From Myxococcota bacterium (GTDB lineage: Bacteria; Myxococcota_A; SURF-8), in the NCBI GenBank assembly GCA_965140415.1, contig OZ223209.1, forward strand, positions 3,424,001-3,488,000: 64,000 nucleotides of DNA. Reading direction: 5' to 3'. Every line of letters starts with the position of its first letter. The first letter of the stretch is position 1. Shown here in pieces: positions 17,293 to 24,784 of the stretch. The position numbers and the translations under genes are program-made. A model generated the notes under the pieces. That model searched no databases. It saw only the letters and a list, made by a program, of their open reading frames with translations, and was not told the origin of the DNA.

Positions 17293-18537
17293 ATGGCTAA
17301 GAAAAAAGGGAAACCGATTCAAGATGAACGAAGCTATGTCAAGAATCTAATTGCGTCTATCATCGACCGTTGTCCACGTCGTCAGCCAACAAGTGAAGAT
17401 GAACGACGCTCCCAGGAAATGATGGCCGAAGAGTTCAAGAAACTTGGGCTTGATACCGAATTTCACTCTTTTCAGTTCAATGACAATTTGTATGCCAATA
17501 TCGCCCTGCACTTCGGTATGAGCACGGCGGGGACACTCGTATCCGGTCTCTTCCCTGCATTGGGATTGGCTCTACATACCACTGCTACAGGTTCCTACGT
17601 AGCGGAATCGACACGCAAAGGCTATTTTCTCCGTCGCCTCTTGAAATTCAAGCCATCGCAGAATCTGCTGGCAACCATCCCGGCTAAAGATGAACCCAAA
17701 CTGCGGATCGTGCTGATCAGCCATGCCGATGCGGCTTTCACCGGATTTCTTTTCAGTGACCGCATGGTAAAGATGTCCGCAAAAAGTACCCTTCCCGCGT
17801 TGAAACGCTCGATGGCCTTAACCACCCAAACTTCCGGTGCTTTGATGGGGTTCGACTCACTACGAATGCTACTGGGACCGCTTGCTATTCCCTTGCGACC
17901 TTTAGAATACCTACTGACCCTGCCCTCTTTACTGGCGTTTCTGCTCAATATCGAAATGGTGATCCGCAATGAAATCGTTCCCGGCGCCAACGATAACCTG
18001 AGTGGCACCGCAGCCCTGCCCATATTGGCGCAACGTTTGATCGCGCGTAAACCAGAGGACGTCGAATTGGTTTTCGCAGTAAGCGGCTGCGAAGAAGCCA
18101 GCCTGGGCGGCGCCGACGCGCTGGCGCGAGAAATGGAATCGAAGTGGGATAAAGCAAACACGGTGATCCTGGGTCTGGATGGTCTGACCAACGGCGACTT
18201 GAATTACATCCACACCGAAGGCGAAGTCATTCGCACGCCGGTTCCCAAATGGCTGAGTGACACCATTGACGATGTTGCCGCATCGGAGGAGCGCTTTGCC
18301 GATGAAGTGAAGGGCTTTGAAGTTCCTGTAGGCGGTTCTGACGTCGCGGCCTTTCTCGCACATGGCTGGGATGGAGTCTGCCTGGCTTGCGTCGATCCAA
18401 CCATCGGCGCACCGAGACATTATCACCAGCGAAGCGACACGGTTGAAAACCTGGACATGGACAAATTGATGTACAGCATCGACTTTGCCGAGAAATTGGT
18501 GGATGCAATTATTGAACGGCGTTTGCCAACAGCCTGA
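17293..18537 (+). CDS. M28 family peptidase with internal hydrophobic segments
   Basis: Metal-ligand motifs ISHAD, GANDNLSG, GCEEA, GLDG, GSD, YHQRSD. Confidence 0.85.
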   Translation: MAKKKGKPIQDERSYVKNLIASIIDRCPRRQPTSEDERRSQEMMAEEFKKLGLDTEFHSFQFNDNLYANIALHFGMSTAGTLVSGLFPALGLALHTTATGSYVAESTRKGYFLRRLLKFKPSQNLLATIPAKDEPKLRIVLISHADAAFTGFLFSDRMVKMSAKSTLPALKRSMALTTQTSGALMGFDSLRMLLGPLAIPLRPLEYLLTLPSLLAFLLNIEMVIRNEIVPGANDNLSGTAALPILAQRLIARKPEDVELVFAVSGCEEASLGGADALAREMESKWDKANTVILGLDGLTNGDLNYIHTEGEVIRTPVPKWLSDTIDDVAASEERFADEVKGFEVPVGGSDVAAFLAHGWDGVCLACVDPTIGAPRHYHQRSDTVENLDMDKLMYSIDFAEKLVDAIIERRLPTA

Positions 18538-18544
18538 AAATGCT

Positions 18545-19066
18545 TCACTTAGCTGTTGGCTTGTAGTGAAGAAGACATTCTTTCACGGTAGCGGACAATT
18601 CGTAGGCAATCTGGCTTGCAATGGTTATTGCGCTTTTAGGCAACTCAGCAGGAGTGAATCGCACGTTATTCCGGTCCATACCTTCCCAGTGCAGCAATAA
18701 CCGGGTTCTCGGCAGGTGCGAGCAATCACTAACCACTTGAATCTGCTTTGGATTCATCTTTTCTGACAGTTCTGTCAGCAGCATGGCTTGTTCACGGGTT
18801 GTGGTCGTCTCTGTTTCATACCAGATCATGTCGGACGGAATCCCCTGTTCAATAAGCCAGTTGCGCATAGTATCGGCTTCCGCATACTCATTCAACACGG
18901 CAGCGCCCATAAGTAAGACACATTGCTGAGGTTGCGACTCCCAACACTCCAGCGCTTTGCTGCAACGGCGAAACAATGGTGGAGACAATGTCCCTTCGTC
19001 TGTCGCCGGCGCACCCAATACGACTATCCACAATCTGTTTTCCAATATTTTTGTACTGCTATTCAT
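18545..19066 (-). CDS. YdcF/SanA/ElyC family (DUF218) protein
   Basis: IVVLGA, EADTM...LIEQGIP, E-x-x-TTTxE, VVSDxxHLPR. Confidence 0.8.
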   Translation of the reverse strand: MNSSTKILENRLWIVVLGAPATDEGTLSPPLFRRCSKALECWESQPQQCVLLMGAAVLNEYAEADTMRNWLIEQGIPSDMIWYETETTTTREQAMLLTELSEKMNPKQIQVVSDCSHLPRTRLLLHWEGMDRNNVRFTPAELPKSAITIASQIAYELSATVKECLLHYKPTAK

Positions 19067-19254
19067 AGTTTTCTTGCCTTTTAGGAAAAAAGGAACAATT
19101 TTCTGTGAATTTTCTATCATAGGTTTTTAGGATTTGCTATCAGACGAGCGAAAAGCGATAAATATCGCGTTTCTATTGTCGAATAGAAACATCCAATAAG
19201 GAAAGCCAACAATGACGAAACCGGTTTATTCCTATGGTAACATTATTAACATTA

Positions 19255-19284
19255 TTGACAATTTAAATTCTTTTCTGCTATGGT
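19255..19284 (+). promoter_or_regulatory. sigma70-type promoter for the PilZ gene
   Basis: TTGACA (19255-19260), 18 nt, TATGGT (19279-19284) preceded by TGc (extended -10). Confidence 0.5.
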
Positions 19285-19343
19285 CGATCAGTTCAATTTG
19301 TAAATATTGTTAGTTCGTTCTCTCATTACCATCAGAAGCTCAT

Positions 19344-20051
19344 TTGAAAGGAACGCCCGTGACGCCCACCAGCCGCTATAATAATCGGATCAGTAAGCGA
19401 ATTCCCATTCACTTTGGAACACCAACCCCAACAAACCTTGGATTTATTAAAAATCTCTCGCTAAAAGGAGTTGCAATATCCAGCAGGGTGACCTATGCGC
19501 CACTTACCACAATTGCCGTGCGTATCGACCACGGGGAATACGCAATCCCTTTAGATGGCCGGGTCCGCTGGGCAGTGGACAAAAAGCAGTTACAGAGTCG
19601 CATGGTCAGCGATGCCATTGTCAATTTCGATATGGGTATTGAATTCATCAACAGATCAGACAAGTACCTGGATCTGCTTGCAGAACTCGTCAGTCATTTC
19701 GATGAAAACCGCAGAGAGCGCCGTTTCGAAATGATTCTGCGAGTCACGTTTGAAACCCCGGAGGAAGTATACCAGGAATATACCAACAACATCTCGCTAG
19801 GCGGCATGTTCATTGCCACCCGCAACCCACCACAACTCAACACCGATGTTGACGTGCAGCTTTTCCTTGGAGATATCTTAGAGTTGATCCAGGTCCGCTC
19901 ACGAGTCGTACACGTTGTCTCTGATGAGATGGCAGAAAGCACGGGAATGAACCCCGGCATCGGAATTCAGTTCATCAAGTTCCATGGAGACGATGAAACT
20001 CGCTTTCAAAAATATATCGATGAATTGAAGAGCCGCTTCGAAACCATTTAG
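19344..20051 (+). CDS. Tandem PilZ-domain protein (putative c-di-GMP receptor)
   Basis: Two RxxxR ... (D/N)xSxxG units: RISKR/NLSLKG and RRERR/NISLGG, ending in GMGIEF/GIGIQF-type strands. Confidence 0.82.
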   Translation: MKGTPVTPTSRYNNRISKRIPIHFGTPTPTNLGFIKNLSLKGVAISSRVTYAPLTTIAVRIDHGEYAIPLDGRVRWAVDKKQLQSRMVSDAIVNFDMGIEFINRSDKYLDLLAELVSHFDENRRERRFEMILRVTFETPEEVYQEYTNNISLGGMFIATRNPPQLNTDVDVQLFLGDILELIQVRSRVVHVVSDEMAESTGMNPGIGIQFIKFHGDDETRFQKYIDELKSRFETI

Positions 20052-20097
20052 CGAACGTAAAGCGGCTGTTTTTGCAGAAACACCAGCAAACTCCCTA

Positions 20098-20124
20098 TCA
20101 GGGAAAAGAGTATTCTTTCCCTGA
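20098..20124. terminator. Hairpin between convergent genes
   Basis: TCAGGGAAA / TTTCCCTGA 9-bp stem. Confidence 0.5.
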
Positions 20125-20145
20125 AAGGCTGCTGGATTAGAACAC

Positions 20146-20577
20146 TTACCAACCCTTTTTCTTTAAAATCTCATCGATTGCCTGCGCAGAACGTTCCTCC
20201 ATCAGGACCATTCGTTGAACCGCAGCATCGCCTATCATGTCTGTAAGCTTTTGAATATCAACGGGTTTCTCTAAAAACTCCGTTGCTCCGGCTTTAATTG
20301 CTTCGATCCCTTTCGAAATCGTCCCATGGCCGGTTAAAATAATAACCTGCTGATCGGCATCACCGGTAAGCATTTGTTTCAACGTTTCGATCCCATCCAT
20401 TCCGGGCATCTGTAGGTCGAGTATTACCGCGTCGAAACGATGCTCTTCAGCCAGTTTTATCGCATCCGGTCCATTGTTGGCGGTGAACACATTCAGATCC
20501 CGCAACTCCAGCCGTTCGGAAAGCGTCTCCGTAAAATCCTTTTCATCATCAACAAGCAACACTTTTGCATTTGCCAT
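20146..20577 (-). CDS. Single-domain response regulator (receiver only)
   Basis: VLLVDDE, ILDLQMPGMDG, ILTGHG, LEKP; short C-terminal tail and no output domain. Confidence 0.92.
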   Translation of the reverse strand: MANAKVLLVDDEKDFTETLSERLELRDLNVFTANNGPDAIKLAEEHRFDAVILDLQMPGMDGIETLKQMLTGDADQQVIILTGHGTISKGIEAIKAGATEFLEKPVDIQKLTDMIGDAAVQRMVLMEERSAQAIDEILKKKGW

Positions 20578-20594
20578 ATCCGAATCCTTTCATC

Positions 20595-21284
20595 CTACCT
20601 GGCAACTTCCGAGCTTTTAGGAATCGTCAATTGAATTGATGATCTTGAGTCTTCCTTACTCACAACAACTCTACCGCCACTGTCTTTCACTAATTCCAAA
20701 AACATATGCCATTCCGGCAATTTTTCAATAAAATCTCCGTTGGCATCGCACTGAAGCAGAATATTCACATTCTTCGCACCTGGTTGAATACTCATGTCGA
20801 TTGCGAGTGTATCCGATGATGCCTTCATCAGCATTTCGAGGCAAGCGAAAAGTGCATGACGAAAAGCGAAAGGATCTGCGGTTATCCGAATGTCTTCTTC
20901 CGGTGTTTCAAAATGAAATTTCGCCTGCCTTCGATCGATCAATCGGCTGGTTAAAACGTGCATATTCTCGGCAACATCGCGCACGTCAAATTCCAGTTCC
21001 GGTTCATCAACACTATGCGCAAAACGGTTCATATTGGAAATCAGCTCTTTGCCTCTTGCCACGTGGCGGGCGATATTTTCCGTGATCTTTCGCAGCTTTT
21101 CCGGTTTGATCGGTTTGCCTTTTTCCGCAAGGATAGTAAGATCCTGAAGCAGTCCCGACAATTCCCCGATAATCGTAATGACATTATTGAACTCATGAGA
21201 AACATTCGCCATGATTTTACCGAAGAACGAAAGGTCATTCTGGCGACGTTGCTCCATGTTTTTTCGTAAAATGTCCATACACAC
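20595..21284 (-). CDS. Sensorless histidine-kinase-like protein with degenerate ATPase domain
   Basis: H-box SHEFNN present; no recognisable N, G1, F or G2 boxes in the C-terminal half. Confidence 0.7.
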   Translation of the reverse strand: MCMDILRKNMEQRRQNDLSFFGKIMANVSHEFNNVITIIGELSGLLQDLTILAEKGKPIKPEKLRKITENIARHVARGKELISNMNRFAHSVDEPELEFDVRDVAENMHVLTSRLIDRRQAKFHFETPEEDIRITADPFAFRHALFACLEMLMKASSDTLAIDMSIQPGAKNVNILLQCDANGDFIEKLPEWHMFLELVKDSGGRVVVSKEDSRSSIQLTIPKSSEVAR

Positions 21285-21286
21285 CG

Positions 21287-21664
21287 TTACTTTCGATAAA
21301 GCGAGATAGCTTCATTCATTTTTACGATAAGATCGTCCAAGTTGATAGGTTTTATCAAATAATCAATCGCTCCGGCCTTGAAACCTTCTTCACTGGCCTC
21401 GGGCGACATGTGACCGGTTAACAGAATTACAGGAAGTGTTGGATGAATTTCCTTAATCCGCTTCATCACTTCAACACCATCTTCACCCTTTAATTTCACA
21501 TCCAGCACGACAATGTCGAAAGACGCGTTCCGTATCTGTTCGATAGCATGGTCACCGGAATTCACACCAACTGCATCCACACCACGAAGTTCAAGGCGCT
21601 CTACCAAGGTGGAAACGAGATCATCTTCGTCGTCTACAATAAGAACCTTCAACACATCGGCCAT
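21287..21664 (-). CDS. Single-domain response regulator (receiver only)
   Basis: VLIVDDE, VVLDVKL, LLTGH, LIKP. Start placed at MADVLKV (21664) downstream of AGGAG. Confidence 0.9.
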   Translation of the reverse strand: MADVLKVLIVDDEDDLVSTLVERLELRGVDAVGVNSGDHAIEQIRNASFDIVVLDVKLKGEDGVEVMKRIKEIHPTLPVILLTGHMSPEASEEGFKAGAIDYLIKPINLDDLIVKMNEAISLYRK

Positions 21665-21677
21665 ACATGTTCTCCTT

Positions 21678-23384
21678 TCACGACTGCCTCTGCACCGGTA
21701 GGGTAACCGTAAAACTTGTCCCTTTTCCGATTTCGCTTTCAACCGAGATCGTGCCGCGAAGTTTCTGAACGATTCCGTATGTGATCGAAAGTCCTAATCC
21801 GGTTCCCTTGTTTTTCTTAGTGGTAAAAAACGGTTCGAAAACTCTTTCCAGATCTTTTTTCGGGATTCCAACACCATCATCCGCAATCGTAATTGCGACC
21901 TTTTCAGAAAGGACCGTCTCGATTGTGATGATCAGCTGTCCACCCTTTTTCATTGCATCGAATGCGTTATTGATGAGGTTTAAGAACAACTGCTGCAATT
22001 GTCCTTTATCACTGTGAATTGTGGGCAACGTCTCCGACACTCTCATATCGACATTGATATCTCGATAGGATGCCTCTTTTTCCAGAAAACCCAATACATC
22101 ATGAATCAAGGCATCAATCGCGACGGGTTCGTGCTTGACATCCATATGCCGGGCAAACCCAAGTAGTCGGTGAGTGATATCGCTACAACGATTAACAGAC
22201 TGAATAATCTTATCAGTTTGTTTTACCAGCTTTTCCTTATTCGGCAAATCTCCAGACATCGCCAGGATATCCGTTATCAATCCGGCTTTCTCGTTGATAA
22301 TGGCCAGCGGGTTGTTGATTTCGTGGGCGACACCCGAGGCCAAACGACCAATGGATGCCATGCGATTGGTGTGCTCGATGTTATGGAGTGTCGCTTCGCG
22401 TCGCAGATCCGCTTCTCGAATGCGCCTTACCCAACTCGCAGTAATACGCATAATCAACAACAAAACAGCGATCACGCTCACAATCAGAATAGCCAGCATC
22501 TCTCCTTGATATGCCAACCACCCCGCCATCATATTCCGTTGGTTAACGAGGATAATGAAAATGAAAGGGGAATTCTCTATATAGGCCGAACCCATAAAAT
22601 ACTTCTGATCTTTTACGACCATTTCCTCGAACAATTCGGAACTTTCGCTATATGGAGGAATCTCACCGCTAAAGGTACCCAATGCTACACCGCAAAGCCG
22701 TGACGGTGTCTGCAAATGCCCTTCTTTGTTGATCAGAAAAGCATCGCTGTGACGTTTCGGTCCGGCGATCTGAATTTGTTTGGCTATACCCTCGATGTCA
22801 ATTGTGGCACGGAAAATCAAGGGTTTCCCTCTGGCCACATCTCGTTTGACCGCAATAATGAAATGAGGGAGTTTTCTGTGACCCAGGAACACATCACTGA
22901 CGTAGACATCTCGAACAAGAGATTTGTTGAACCAGTCCTGATCGCGGTAATCCTTGCCATGCAAATCGTAGGGACCGGCATAGGTCTGCATAATACCATT
23001 GGAATCCACCACACCGATATCAACAAGCCCGCCAAATGAACGACGCATCCGTGTAAAAATTCCTGCAAGTTTGTCCGGATCAAAAAGATCTTCCGGCTGT
23101 TCCCGAGAAACAACATATTGCGCGGCTGAAATCCGTTCCGCCAAAAACGATTCCAGCGATCGCTTTGTGATTGCTGTAATACGCTGAATGGGTTGGGTAA
23201 TTTCTTTCCGGAAGGACTGATGGTACAGGTAATAGTTAACACCGGTAATCGTTAATAATGGAATGATGCACACCGCAGCAACTGCTAAAACGGTATTGCG
23301 CCACATCCGCCGATATCGTGAAGGAAGCCCTTTGTCGTCTATCGGATCTTCAATAAAAACAAATTTTTCAACTAGCCGTCCCAA
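21678..23384 (-). CDS. Membrane sensor histidine kinase (Cache-like periplasmic domain, NtrB-type core)
   Basis: Two TM segments, YRDQDWF Cache-like motif, AHEINNPL, LNLINNA, DDGVGI, FEPFFTTK, GTGLGL. Confidence 0.93.
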   Translation of the reverse strand: MGRLVEKFVFIEDPIDDKGLPSRYRRMWRNTVLAVAAVCIIPLLTITGVNYYLYHQSFRKEITQPIQRITAITKRSLESFLAERISAAQYVVSREQPEDLFDPDKLAGIFTRMRRSFGGLVDIGVVDSNGIMQTYAGPYDLHGKDYRDQDWFNKSLVRDVYVSDVFLGHRKLPHFIIAVKRDVARGKPLIFRATIDIEGIAKQIQIAGPKRHSDAFLINKEGHLQTPSRLCGVALGTFSGEIPPYSESSELFEEMVVKDQKYFMGSAYIENSPFIFIILVNQRNMMAGWLAYQGEMLAILIVSVIAVLLLIMRITASWVRRIREADLRREATLHNIEHTNRMASIGRLASGVAHEINNPLAIINEKAGLITDILAMSGDLPNKEKLVKQTDKIIQSVNRCSDITHRLLGFARHMDVKHEPVAIDALIHDVLGFLEKEASYRDINVDMRVSETLPTIHSDKGQLQQLFLNLINNAFDAMKKGGQLIITIETVLSEKVAITIADDGVGIPKKDLERVFEPFFTTKKNKGTGLGLSITYGIVQKLRGTISVESEIGKGTSFTVTLPVQRQS

Positions 23385-23421
23385 ACCCCATGAACCTCCA
23401 AGGTTACGTGCTCGCTTTCGA

Positions 23422-24633
23422 TTATTCTTTCTCTTCCTTTTTCGCTACGAGTTTCGCTTCTCTCATGGTTTTTGATAAAAGCTCGATATCGACAGGCTTT
23501 TCCAAATATGCAAAAGCACCGAGGGACATGCAGAGTTCCTTGTCTTTCTCGCTGCCATGACCGGTAAGGACAATGACTTCAACTTCTGGATGCTCTCCCT
23601 TGACACGCCGTAACACTTCGATACCATCGATTCCAGGCATCTTCAGATCCAGCACCATCACTTCCGGCTCTTCTTCTTTCAACAAGCTCAATGCTTCCTC
23701 ACCGCTATACGCGACAGCCGGCTCCATGTCGCGCATTTCCAGTCGTTCGGAAAGAGTCATTACGAAGTCTTTTTCATCGTCCACCAACAGCACCTTATCC
23801 GGCAGATCGAAATCGACATCGGCAAGAATGGAGGTCGGACGATAGTTAGGACCGGTTTTAACATTCACGTCATTCACACCATTCACCTTCCCCAAGAGTT
23901 TCTTCAACTCGGTTTCCAATTTCTCTAGACGCATGACATATTCATCGACCAGTACGGTGATAACTCCTGCCTCACAGGAAACGGCATGAAAATATCCCGC
24001 TTCAACCAGCGCCAACTCACCTTTGGCCGCAATGACGAAATCCGCAAGTGCGGCTTCGGAGGCCGCCGTATAAGCCATGATCCCTTTCTGGGCGTTTTCG
24101 ATAATCAGATCCACCGCCTTGTCAATTCCCGTCTCGTTGACCGGAATCTTCAGGTCGTACAACGTCTGATCCCAAGGCTGCACTCCAAACAGCCTTTTAC
24201 TCCATTGGGCGCGCTTCAAATCTTCTTCACGCACCTTCTGTTGCGCGGCATCCAAACGAATACCTTGTTCTTTTTTTAACTGCTCTGCCCGATATTCCGG
24301 ATCGCTCAATAGGCACACACGCAACACATGACCGATATTGCGCGGAATCAATTGCGAGGCAAACCCATGTAGAATCTGCTTATCGGCAAGCATTTCTGCC
24401 AATTGAAGTTTGAGCTTTGCAAGATTCTGCTCACGACGATGCGTGAACTTGTTAAACAGAAACGGAGGCCCCTCCATCGCCCGTGCTAATTGATCCGTTG
24501 CGATTTTGAAACGTTCCGAGGTTTTCTCGAACAGAAGGTCGTCGATTCGGTCCCATTGGGTCTTTTTCGCGATCTGATTCGCGATTTCATCAGCTTGGGA
24601 AAAAGCAGCACTGAAAATCGAAATAATAGGCAT
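23422..24633 (-). CDS. Cytidylate-kinase-like domain fused to a C-terminal receiver domain
   Basis: N-domain with ILHGF...VLRVCL...EED.KR..W...L....W....YDLKI (cytidylate kinase-like family, degenerate P-loop); C-terminal REC VLLVDDE/VLDLKMPG/LTGHG/LEKP. Confidence 0.8.
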   Translation of the reverse strand: MPIISIFSAAFSQADEIANQIAKKTQWDRIDDLLFEKTSERFKIATDQLARAMEGPPFLFNKFTHRREQNLAKLKLQLAEMLADKQILHGFASQLIPRNIGHVLRVCLLSDPEYRAEQLKKEQGIRLDAAQQKVREEDLKRAQWSKRLFGVQPWDQTLYDLKIPVNETGIDKAVDLIIENAQKGIMAYTAASEAALADFVIAAKGELALVEAGYFHAVSCEAGVITVLVDEYVMRLEKLETELKKLLGKVNGVNDVNVKTGPNYRPTSILADVDFDLPDKVLLVDDEKDFVMTLSERLEMRDMEPAVAYSGEEALSLLKEEEPEVMVLDLKMPGIDGIEVLRRVKGEHPEVEVIVLTGHGSEKDKELCMSLGAFAYLEKPVDIELLSKTMREAKLVAKKEEKE

Positions 24634-24784
24634 CGCTCATCTCTTTCATCTAATCAGGCCCACAAGGAAAACATATAAACTTTTTTTCTATCGACAAGGG
24701 CTGTGGTATAGTACCACAACTTTTATAGCTGGTCGCAGCTTTTTTCAACATCAATGATGTCCAAACACGAGGAATAGTAAGCAT

